20,000 nt of DNA, taken from IMG/VR virus record IMGVR_UViG_3300037091_000258. One strand, 5' to 3'. The position numbers were made by a program, and so were the translations under genes. This DNA is from an uncultured virus (IMG/VR IMGVR_UViG_3300037091_000258). Its lineage: Duplodnaviria > Heunggongvirae > Uroviricota > Caudoviricetes. Shown piece after piece: positions 8,326-15,294 of this stretch. Positions within the stretch are counted from its first letter, which is position 1, and the number at the start of each line of letters is the position of its first letter. The notes below the pieces were generated by a model that was given only the letters and a program-made list of their open reading frames with translations, made no database searches and had not been told where the DNA came from.

Positions 8326-10005
8326 ATGCTTTTTGATTATAACAGATTAAGGAAAGAGCAGAAGGAGAAGATCCTCGGAAAATGGAAGCCGTTCCTCAAG
8401 GGAATAGAGGACGAATATCTACGAGAATCCACTGCTATGCTTCTGGAAAATGAAGCACAATATCTAATGGAAGACCCAGCTACACAGTCTACGGACGTAG
8501 TTGGTATCCAGAAGATCCTTCTACCCATAGTAAGAAGGGTATTCCCCAACTTAGTCGCAAATAACCTAGTTTCAGTACAGCCTCTGGCTGGACCTACTGG
8601 TGTTATATTCTGGCTAAAATATGAATTCGCTAGTTCGAAGTCTACTACAATTGCTGGATCTGAGTATTCGGCATTCGGTACTAACCCCAATAACGTAGCT
8701 GAGGGTTACAACCCGTACTATTCTTCTGATAGCGTAGAAAGCTACACAGTGTCACTAGTCGATGGTGCTGGTGCTGCTCACTCTCTAGTACAGTTCAATG
8801 GCGATCCAAACTGGCTAAACGGTATTCAAGGTTCTAACTGGACTAACGCTACCAACGCTCTATTGAGCAGAGTTATCGTAAGGTTCACCGTTAGCGTAAC
8901 CGCTACTCCTACTACATTCTCTACCTACTTGGTAGCATTCAATGGTAGGGCCGGCCAGAATTATTGGCAGATTAAAGAAACTGATCGAGGTGGAGCCGGA
9001 GTTCCTCTAGATTCTGCATTCACTACTCTAGTTGAACCAACAATTCCGTACACATTCCCAGTTCCTAATACACCAGGTGGACCATATGCATGGATTCCAC
9101 AGAGCGGTGTACTACCACAGCTAACAGTAACTTATACTGACGCAACGCAACTATTCTCAGTAGACCTATTTGGACAGAACACTGACTTTATCAACGCTAC
9201 TTATACGTTCACCGGTCTACAGTCATTCTATGCCTACCTACAGGAAGGGTCAACCGAAATCCCCGATATGAAGATCGCAATTTCTCAGTACCCCGTAACT
9301 GTAAAGTCTAGGAAGCTAAAGGCTACCTGGACGAACGAAGCTGAGCAAGACTTGAAGGCATACCACGGCCTAAACGCCGATGCAGAATTAACTGCATTGG
9401 TTTCAAACGAGATGATCGCTGAAATTGACCGTGAAATTGTCAACACTTGCTTGGACATTGTTCCTATTTCCTCATTCCGATTCTTGGACTGGACCTCTGA
9501 TGTTTCTAACAACACCACTGGTAACTACCTTGATAGGAACAGGAACTTGGTTCAGGTCCTAGTAGAGCTCAGCAATGAAATATACCGAAAGAGCAAGATC
9601 GGACCAGGGAACTGGATCATCACATCTCCTAAGGTATCAGCTTATCTAGAAGTCCTTGAGGGATTCATCGCTGCACCGGCAGCTACTCAGGGCGGCCTTG
9701 GAATCGTAAAGGCTGGAGACTATAGAGGCACATTCGCAGTTTACAAGGATCCTCTATTCCCACCTAACAAGATTCTAATGGGTCACAAGAGCCCCAGCTC
9801 CCCATTCGGCGCTGGAGTAGTCTACGCGCCTTATGTCACGCAGGTTACGCCAACTTTGTACGGTCAGGATGATTTCACACCAAGGAAGGGATTCCTAGCC
9901 AGATACGGACTTATCCAAGTCCCACTGGGAGATTTCCTATACGCGGTTGTTAGCATCACTAACCTACCGGGCGCAACTGAATCTAATCCATTCTATGGAA
10001 CTTAA
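8326..10005 (+). CDS. gp23: T4-like major capsid protein
   Basis: KWKPFL, LLENE, LPIVRRVFPNLVA..LVSVQPLAGPTGVIF, VTVKSRKLKATWT.EAEQDLKAYHGLNADAEL, EIDREI, YAPY, FTPRKGFLARYG; GGAGG RBS. Confidence 0.96.
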   Translation: MLFDYNRLRKEQKEKILGKWKPFLKGIEDEYLRESTAMLLENEAQYLMEDPATQSTDVVGIQKILLPIVRRVFPNLVANNLVSVQPLAGPTGVIFWLKYEFASSKSTTIAGSEYSAFGTNPNNVAEGYNPYYSSDSVESYTVSLVDGAGAAHSLVQFNGDPNWLNGIQGSNWTNATNALLSRVIVRFTVSVTATPTTFSTYLVAFNGRAGQNYWQIKETDRGGAGVPLDSAFTTLVEPTIPYTFPVPNTPGGPYAWIPQSGVLPQLTVTYTDATQLFSVDLFGQNTDFINATYTFTGLQSFYAYLQEGSTEIPDMKIAISQYPVTVKSRKLKATWTNEAEQDLKAYHGLNADAELTALVSNEMIAEIDREIVNTCLDIVPISSFRFLDWTSDVSNNTTGNYLDRNRNLVQVLVELSNEIYRKSKIGPGNWIITSPKVSAYLEVLEGFIAAPAATQGGLGIVKAGDYRGTFAVYKDPLFPPNKILMGHKSPSSPFGAGVVYAPYVTQVTPTLYGQDDFTPRKGFLARYGLIQVPLGDFLYAVVSITNLPGATESNPFYGT

Positions 10006-10031
10006 TTAGAGGATAACGATTTGAACAATTG

Positions 10032-10059
10032 GCCGTTGTAGCAATACAACGGCTTTTTT
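10032..10059 (+). terminator. Intrinsic terminator after the major capsid gene
   Basis: Perfect 9-bp stem gccgttgta/tacaacggc, GCAA loop, T6 tail. Confidence 0.9.
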
Positions 10060-10082
10060 GTGTGAGGCATATTTTAAAATAT

Positions 10083-10889
10083 ATGGTGTACGATATAGAT
10101 GTCATAAAATACAAAGTAGAAAATATTGCACGACGAAAAGATTCAACAGCTTTACCTCAAATGATCATAGATGACAAAGTGTTACAAGCTCGTAAAGATA
10201 AAGTAAAATTTTTATGTCAAGATTGTGATAAAGAGGTTGTGATTCACATTGAGCGATTTCTTAGAACTAAGAACGAGGAAAAGACGTGTTGGTATTGCAG
10301 TTTACATAAGGCTAGAAAAGATAACCCTTTGCGATTTCGTAGCCCAGAAGCTATAGAAAAGATGAGACAATCTATTCGTGATCGTGGTGTTTTTATAGAC
10401 AAATATGAAGAGCGAATTTGTCCTACTTGTAAAAATAAATTTACTATAAGAGTTGCTCGATTTTATAAGAAGCGAAAATTTTGTTCTGAAAAATGTCGAA
10501 GAGAAGCTTTCGCTATTGCGGGCTCCAAACAAGGCCATCACGGTTATAAAGGAATGTTGGCTGTTCCGATGCGCGACACTAAGCCCGAAAAGTTATTTAA
10601 AGCCTATTTAGATTCTAAAGGTATCTCCTATACATTCCAGAAAAAAGTTGGGCCTTTTATGTTTGACTTTGGACTGAGCAATGGAATACTGATCGAAATA
10701 GATGGTGATTATTGGCACTACAATATAAACAATCCTTTAATAACAGCTAAACCTATTAATAGTAAACAAGCGAAGAAAGTAGCCCGGGATAAAGAGAAAG
10801 ATGAGTATTGTAAAAAGCACAGTATAGTTTTAGTAAGAATCTGGGAATCAGAATTAAAATCAATGAAAATCCTTCAAGATTTCATTTAG
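10083..10889 (+). CDS. Vsr/DUF559-like (EDxHD-type) putative homing endonuclease with zinc ribbons
   Basis: CQDC, CWYC, CPTC, FCSEKC, then TKPEKLF...FDF...ILIEIDGDYWH...RDKEKD...LVRIWE. Start moved to ATG 10083 because TTG 10029 overlaps the terminator. Confidence 0.8.
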   Translation: MVYDIDVIKYKVENIARRKDSTALPQMIIDDKVLQARKDKVKFLCQDCDKEVVIHIERFLRTKNEEKTCWYCSLHKARKDNPLRFRSPEAIEKMRQSIRDRGVFIDKYEERICPTCKNKFTIRVARFYKKRKFCSEKCRREAFAIAGSKQGHHGYKGMLAVPMRDTKPEKLFKAYLDSKGISYTFQKKVGPFMFDFGLSNGILIEIDGDYWHYNINNPLITAKPINSKQAKKVARDKEKDEYCKKHSIVLVRIWESELKSMKILQDFI

Positions 10890-10964
10890 CTCCCATATTT
10901 ATAGGTGAGATTTTCAATCTTGAAAAGTAGGATTAATTTATAAAATCTCAAGGCGGTGATATGA

Positions 10965-11267
10965 ATGAATGTTCCGTTAAAGGGTGCTTCTGGCAAAACA
11001 TATACTTTTGGTGCATATCAGATCAACGGCAATTGGCCTGATTCTGGGGGTGTTTATGTTTATGCCGACTCACGCAATAAACCAATTTAAACTGATTCTT
11101 TTAAAGAAAGAATAGACGATCATACAAGAGATGGTAAACTAGAGGAGTCTCTCGAACAGGGCTGTGATAGAATTTTAGCTTATGTTGATGAGAATGAAAC
11201 TTCTAGAATTGCGGCTGAAAAAGATCTCATTAAAAATTATCCAGATCTTTTGAATGAAGTGCTTTAA
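10965..11267 (+). pseudogene. Small GIY-YIG nuclease pseudogene with an in-frame TAA where the YIG motif should be
   Basis: One frame reads MNVPLKGASGKTYTF...GGVYVYADSRNKPI*TDSFKERIDDH...RIAAEKDLIKNYPDLLN. The stop is at 11088-11090; the element is absent from the ORF track. Confidence 0.7.
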
Positions 11268-11271
11268 GATT

Positions 11272-11298
11272 AGCTGTGGCGTGAGCCACAGCTTTTTT
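11272..11298 (+). terminator. Intrinsic terminator
   Basis: Stem agctgtggc/gccacagct, GTGA loop, T-tract. Confidence 0.9.
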
Positions 11299-11303
11299 GT
11301 TGC

Positions 11304-11310
11304 AAGATAA
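11304..11310 (+). promoter_or_regulatory. AAGATAA motif, candidate promoter
   Basis: Sits just after a terminator and 5 nt before ATG 11316, with no RBS. Confidence 0.5.
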
Positions 11311-11315
11311 ATCAA

Positions 11316-11543
11316 ATGATATATTATCAGCCTCGACACATATCTAATGAAACTCAACCTATTGAATATTATGAATCGTGGCTTATACCCAAATTTTCGT
11401 TACCAACTCTCATCATAAATGCTAGCAATAAGAAAAGAACTATAATCAAGATTTATCAAAACTCTTCGGCGAAATTACCAGATATGGAAGCAGCAAAACC
11501 GGAAGAACTATATAAACTGATTAGGTTGACGTGGTTGACATGA
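11316..11543 (+). CDS. Hypothetical protein
   Basis: 75-aa ORF, first of three ATGA-coupled genes. Confidence 0.55.
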   Translation: MIYYQPRHISNETQPIEYYESWLIPKFSLPTLIINASNKKRTIIKIYQNSSAKLPDMEAAKPEELYKLIRLTWLT

Positions 11544-11839
11544 AAGATCTTTTTGATTATCCCAAACATGCCTTCAAAGAATATGAGGGCCGATCGGCTA
11601 TAAACATGTTTGGCGATCTAAAGTTAGAAAGGGGTAATCTTTACCTGCTTCTAAAATTCATTGAGGCTCGAGCATCATTAATGAGTAGTCCAGCCTATGC
11701 TATTTTTGAATGTAGGATATATAACATTCATCGTAAGAAAGCTTATATAGATAAAGTGAGTTTTATCATAAGAGGTCAAGGCTATAAATGGCTTACAAAC
11801 AAATCAGCTCGAGAATTTGTTGGGAAAATATTTGAATGA
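11540..11839 (+). CDS. Hypothetical protein
   Basis: ATG 11540 overlaps the upstream TGA (ATGA); ends in FVGKIFE. Confidence 0.6.
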   Translation: MKDLFDYPKHAFKEYEGRSAINMFGDLKLERGNLYLLLKFIEARASLMSSPAYAIFECRIYNIHRKKAYIDKVSFIIRGQGYKWLTNKSAREFVGKIFE

Positions 11840-12057
11840 AAATTCTTCTTAAAAGCCACCCGCCATATTTTCTTAAACTCGTTTTAGGTAACCTAGAAGC
11901 TTTATTTAGTCTCAATAGAAATATGGATAAAATATACTCTGTAGAAATTAGACGGCTGATGGTGAATAATCCTCTATTTCATGAAGTGCCCAAAATACCC
12001 GAGTATTACGAGAGCAAAAAACTGATTCGTGCTTTGTTTGAAGTCATGAAACTTTAA
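11836..12057 (+). CDS. Hypothetical protein
   Basis: ATGA coupling to the upstream gene; ends in KKLIRALFEVMKL. Confidence 0.6.
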   Translation: MKILLKSHPPYFLKLVLGNLEALFSLNRNMDKIYSVEIRRLMVNNPLFHEVPKIPEYYESKKLIRALFEVMKL

Positions 12058-12326
12058 TTATGAACAATCCAAGTTTGTTTTTTGAGGTCAATCCTTTCAA
12101 TAATTCCCCCAGACCATAAGGGCATACTAATAAATATTTTGTGTTTCTTATCTTGAGCTACACTCATTTGGAATATAGAGTCGATACCCCAATTGTGACC
12201 TGGATCTATAGATATGCGATTACCAAAATTTAACTCGCGGTCGAATACAAAACCTTCAGCGGCATTATCTTCACCCTCGAAGATAGTTTTGAATATGAAC
12301 TTTTTGACAACTTCCATTACAGTCAT
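12054..12326 (-). CDS. Hypothetical protein (the only credible minus-strand gene)
   Basis: Fills the gap between + genes, its stop overlaps 11836-12057 convergently, and AAGATAA precedes it on the minus strand. Confidence 0.6.
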   Translation of the reverse strand: MTVMEVVKKFIFKTIFEGEDNAAEGFVFDRELNFGNRISIDPGHNWGIDSIFQMSVAQDKKHKIFISMPLWSGGIIERIDLKKQTWIVHN

Positions 12327-12330
12327 ATAG

Positions 12331-12337
12331 TTATCTT
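12331..12337 (-). promoter_or_regulatory. AAGATAA motif (minus strand), candidate promoter
   Basis: ttatctt on the + strand, 4 nt upstream of the minus-strand ATG at 12326. Confidence 0.5.
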
Positions 12338-12358
12338 AGTGTAGCATACTTCTCTTTG

Positions 12359-12814
12359 ATGTACGACAATACCAAACTTTGTTCAGAGTGTGGTGGAGAG
12401 TGTTGTAAAAGTCTACCGGGAATTTTGTTTCCTGAAGACGTTGGAGAAGTTACACACTCAAACATCAAGCGCCTATTAGACACCGGTCGATATACCATAG
12501 ATTGGTGGGAGGGCGATCCTCGTTACGTTCGCGAACGTAGGCGGCCACTTATGGATAGATGTATGTTTGTACGACCTGCTGTCAAAGGGAAAGAAGGCGA
12601 GACATTTGATCCGGCTTGGTCTGGTAACGATTGTACTTTTTTAACCAACTCCGGTTGTCAACTTGAACCAGAAAAACGCCCTACTGGGTGTAAGCTATTA
12701 GAACCCAAATCTCTTGGATGCAGATATCGTGGTAAGATGAAAGACTCTAAACGTGAAGGCGCATTAGCTTGGCTTAAATATCAGGTCATGTTAGACAGCT
12801 TTAGGCGCTACTAA
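12359..12814 (+). CDS. YkgJ-family (CxxCxxCC-like) Zn/Fe-chelating cysteine-cluster protein
   Basis: CSECGGECC...DCTFLTNSGCQL...RPTGCK. Start is ATG 12359 or TTG 12356. Confidence 0.75.
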   Translation: MYDNTKLCSECGGECCKSLPGILFPEDVGEVTHSNIKRLLDTGRYTIDWWEGDPRYVRERRRPLMDRCMFVRPAVKGKEGETFDPAWSGNDCTFLTNSGCQLEPEKRPTGCKLLEPKSLGCRYRGKMKDSKREGALAWLKYQVMLDSFRRY

Positions 12815-12815
12815 C

Positions 12816-13502
12816 ATGACCAATATATTTCAGTGGGCTTGGAAAATAGGGCGCCTAGTATTACTGTCATTAGCTGGATTTCACATCAAATTATTCACAT
12901 TCACTCTCATTGCTAGTCTTGTATTACTTCACGTAAATCCAAAGAATACAGCTCTTATGATTTATCGTCATCAGAAACATCAACCAATTCATTTTGTTCC
13001 CTTAAAGCAAATTCCTTTAACGATACGAAAAATGATAGTGCAACTTGAGGATTACCACTTTTATAATGAGGGTGGCATTGATATAGGTTCTATCATAGAG
13101 GCCTATAAACTTAATAAGGCTCTTGGTTATAAATTGCGTGGGGCCAGTACAATTACTCAACAGTTAGTGAGAAATCTTTTTCTGACGCCGCGTAAAACTT
13201 ATATACGTAAATACATTGAGGCGTGTATGGCAATAGAAATGAGTTGGATAGTTCCAAAAAGTCGTGTCCTAGAATTGTATTTAAATTGTATTGAATGGGG
13301 TAAAGGCATATACGGTATTGGTGCAGCAACTACTTATTATTACAATATGAGTGTCGCAGACCTTTCTTTGGATCAACAACGTAGACTGTCATCAATCATT
13401 ACAAATCCTCGAAGGTTCGGTGTAGATACACTTGAGCATAGCGGACAAATGAAAGAACGCTACGACTTTCTAATGGAGCGTTATCCAGATGAAGATAATT
13501 GA
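12816..13502 (+). CDS. mtgA: Monofunctional peptidoglycan glycosyltransferase (GT51, MtgA-like)
   Basis: N-terminal TM segment; EDYHFYNEGG, GASTITQQLVRNLFL, RKYIE, KSRVLELYLN, GIYGIGAA; no transpeptidase domain. Confidence 0.88.
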   Translation: MTNIFQWAWKIGRLVLLSLAGFHIKLFTFTLIASLVLLHVNPKNTALMIYRHQKHQPIHFVPLKQIPLTIRKMIVQLEDYHFYNEGGIDIGSIIEAYKLNKALGYKLRGASTITQQLVRNLFLTPRKTYIRKYIEACMAIEMSWIVPKSRVLELYLNCIEWGKGIYGIGAATTYYYNMSVADLSLDQQRRLSSIITNPRRFGVDTLEHSGQMKERYDFLMERYPDEDN

Positions 13503-13592
13503 CGCTAAGTGGGAAGCTGAAGGAAATCAACACTTGTCACAAAGACGCATGGTCCCATAGTATAAAGATTCCTGAATAAGATACAATTATTT

Positions 13593-13821
13593 GAAACCGT
13601 CTCGACTCTGCGCTGGAGACTAAGTCTCTAGAGGAAGTTCGCGACATCACCACCTACGGAAGGAGGCTTTACAGCCGCTTGCACTTCCCAAGATGCAACT
13701 CAAATAGGCCGAGGGCGTCGGTGGCCCAATGACAGCCGGGTTGAGGCAGTCCGCAAGGACCACAGGAAACTGTGAGACAGATGCAGAGATAAAACAGGAT
13801 CGCGGCTATGGAGACGGTTTC
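13593..13821 (+). ncRNA. rnpB: Minimal RNase P RNA (catalytic domain only, specificity domain absent)
   Basis: P1 13593-13603/13811-13821 (11 bp perfect); P2 13606-13612/13782-13788; P3 13613-13631; CR-I GAGGAAGUUCGCGAC and CR-V ACAGGAUCGCGGCUA forming the P4 pseudoknot with bulged U13639; P5 CAUC/GAUG; P6 CACC/GGUG; P7 GGAAG/CUUCC; P15-P17 with L15 GGU; CR-IV AGACAGAUG. Confidence 0.9.
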
Positions 13822-13830
13822 TTTTCTTTC

Positions 13831-13837
13831 AAGATAA
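13831..13837 (+). promoter_or_regulatory. AAGATAA motif, candidate promoter
   Basis: Follows the RNA 3' end and its T-tract; 4 nt before ATG 13842 with no RBS. Confidence 0.5.
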
Positions 13838-13841
13838 CTCT

Positions 13842-14078
13842 ATGAAAACTGTTAAGACTAAAGCTGGTAAATGGTATAATAACGTAGGCGGCAAACATCC
13901 ATTCATATTTTTGATTTATACTCCTGAAATAGTAATCGGTCTTTCTTTTGAGCCGAGAGATATGATTTATTTGTATCGCGGCGTTTGGATTACTGCCGCG
14001 CAGGAAGACAAAGATCTATCGCCTGAAGCTAGAAAAGTAATTTCAAATAGATTGTTATTAGACGCAACTTTCTTGTAG
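13842..14078 (+). CDS. Hypothetical protein
   Basis: 78-aa ORF after an AAGATAA motif; no RnpA RNR motif. Confidence 0.55.
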   Translation: MKTVKTKAGKWYNNVGGKHPFIFLIYTPEIVIGLSFEPRDMIYLYRGVWITAAQEDKDLSPEARKVISNRLLLDATFL

Positions 14079-14189
14079 AAAGATTTTGAAATTCCTCTTA
14101 TCACGTAACATTCCTAAGCAAGGAGTTATAGCTGATTGGGAAGTTTCACCTAGTGAAAAACAAATTAGTAAAAAATTGACGAGAAGATA

Positions 14190-14357
14190 ATGTACATATA
14201 CCTTACAGTCTCTAACCCAATAGTTGATGAACCTGAAGTCGTTACGGTGCATATTAAACCGGGAACATTAGAAAGTCGTCTAGCTCATAGTCGAATAAGA
14301 CTTCTTTGGTGGCATGCGGCCGAAGGCGCTACATTCAAAATCAAAAGAGAAACGTAA
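14190..14357 (+). CDS. Small hypothetical protein (55 aa, below the ORF-track cutoff)
   Basis: ATG...TAA frame MYIYLTVSNPIVDEPEVVTVHIKPG...FKIKRET on the coding strand, filling an otherwise empty gap. Confidence 0.4.
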   Translation: MYIYLTVSNPIVDEPEVVTVHIKPGTLESRLAHSRIRLLWWHAAEGATFKIKRET

Positions 14358-14398
14358 TTACAGAGTAGAATTGCATAAGAATTAGCTGTCTAACACGA

Positions 14399-14408
14399 AA
14401 GATAAATA
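14399..14408 (+). promoter_or_regulatory. AAGATAAATA motif, candidate late promoter
   Basis: Upstream of the GGAGGA RBS of a putative virion gene; resembles the T4 late promoter TATAAATA. Confidence 0.5.
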
Positions 14409-14429
14409 CAAATCGGAGGACTCTAAAAA

Positions 14430-15212
14430 ATGGCGACAATCAACACAGCAAATTTTTCTAATCATGTGCATACTCCACCCAGATGGAAAATAAATGCTGA
14501 CTATATGACCAATAGCAGACCTACAGAGCTAGCTCTTTTAAACGCAGCTGATGAAGCTTATTATCAATATGTTAATGCAAGCGTTGGCGCATTCTACTCA
14601 CCAAATGCTGTTGCTGCATTCTCAGCTAAAAGTGTAGGAGTCAATGTTCAATTCTTTCTAACTTCAACTGAAACTGTGTATCAACCACTAACTTGGTATT
14701 ATACGCTGTCTAGTATAATTCCATACGTCGGTACACCACCAACAGCTCCTACAAGTGCTGTAACATCTTTTGCTACAAGTACCGTATTTGGAGTAATTGG
14801 AACTATAGCGAATGCGGGTCTAGTAGCTGGTTCAGATGTAGTAGTGGCCCTTCAAGCCGCATCTCTTTCTGCTCCAGTTTCCCCAGCTCAGAAGAGCCCA
14901 GTACAAACGTTCAGAGTAATCTTTGCCCCAGCAGCTCCTACTTCAATTGCAGCGGCTGATGGTACTGGAAGTTCATCAGTTAGTTGGACAGTCTCATCTG
15001 GCGCTACTTCTTATACTATTTATTGGAAGAGCGGTTCGTTAGTCTATACAGCAGCCCAAATTCTAGCAGCACCAACTGGTTCAGTTGCAGGTACTACACC
15101 CGCTGGCCAAATAATTACTCTAGCTGCTACTACTTATTCATTTACAATCACAGCTACTAATCCGGGCGGAACTTCCCTCGGTGGAACAGCTGACGGCGCT
15201 ACAGTAAGTTAA
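14430..15212 (+). CDS. Putative virion decoration protein: conserved N-terminal domain plus one fibronectin type III domain
   Basis: S/T/A/G-rich; FN3 pattern APAAPTSI...VSWTVSSGATSYTIYW...YSFTITATNPGG (about 14925-15209); paralog of the next gene. Confidence 0.75.
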   Translation: MATINTANFSNHVHTPPRWKINADYMTNSRPTELALLNAADEAYYQYVNASVGAFYSPNAVAAFSAKSVGVNVQFFLTSTETVYQPLTWYYTLSSIIPYVGTPPTAPTSAVTSFATSTVFGVIGTIANAGLVAGSDVVVALQAASLSAPVSPAQKSPVQTFRVIFAPAAPTSIAAADGTGSSSVSWTVSSGATSYTIYWKSGSLVYTAAQILAAPTGSVAGTTPAGQIITLAATTYSFTITATNPGGTSLGGTADGATVS

Positions 15213-15235
15213 TAAAATAAAAATTGATCCATTAT

Positions 15236-15257
15236 AGGGCCCTCGGAAGAGGGCCCT
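15236..15257 (+). terminator. GC-rich hairpin, probable terminator or RNA stability element
   Basis: Stem agggccctc/gagggccct with GGAA loop; weak U tail. Confidence 0.6.
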
Positions 15258-15266
15258 TCCATTGAC

Positions 15267-15273
15267 AAGATAA
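15267..15273 (+). promoter_or_regulatory. AAGATAA motif, candidate promoter
   Basis: Between the hairpin and the GGAGG RBS of 15295-16665. Confidence 0.5.
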
Positions 15274-15294
15274 TTGCACCCGGAGGCCCTATAA

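Noticed and set aside
5226..9518. Minus-strand ORFs (e.g. 5226-5732, 5868-6197, 7342-7806, 7824-8204, 8337-8690, 9285-9518)
   Set aside because: They are antisense shadows of well-supported + strand genes, with Ser/Leu/Phe-rich mirror composition and no motifs.
10029..10082. N-terminal extension of the Vsr-like ORF from TTG 10029
   Set aside because: It runs through the capsid-gene terminator; ATG 10083 is more plausible.
13489..13592. Possible separate S-domain RNA or 23-aa ORF (13489-13560) upstream of the RNase P RNA
   Set aside because: No CR-II/CR-III motifs or convincing helices; the ORF is too short to support.
13593..13821. Alternative reading as a terminator, MITE, tRNA, riboswitch or group I intron
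   Set aside because: The terminal inverted repeat is explained as P1. There is no cloverleaf or interrupted gene, while the RNase P CR-I/IV/V motifs and pseudoknots are in correct order and register.
13842..14078. Candidate RnpA protein partner next to the RNA
   Set aside because: Too short and lacks the RNR motif of RnpA, although a novel cofactor cannot be excluded.
14062..14190. Open +1 frame overlapping the end of 13842-14078 (possible frameshift extension)
   Set aside because: No ATG start, no clear slippery site and no homology evidence available.
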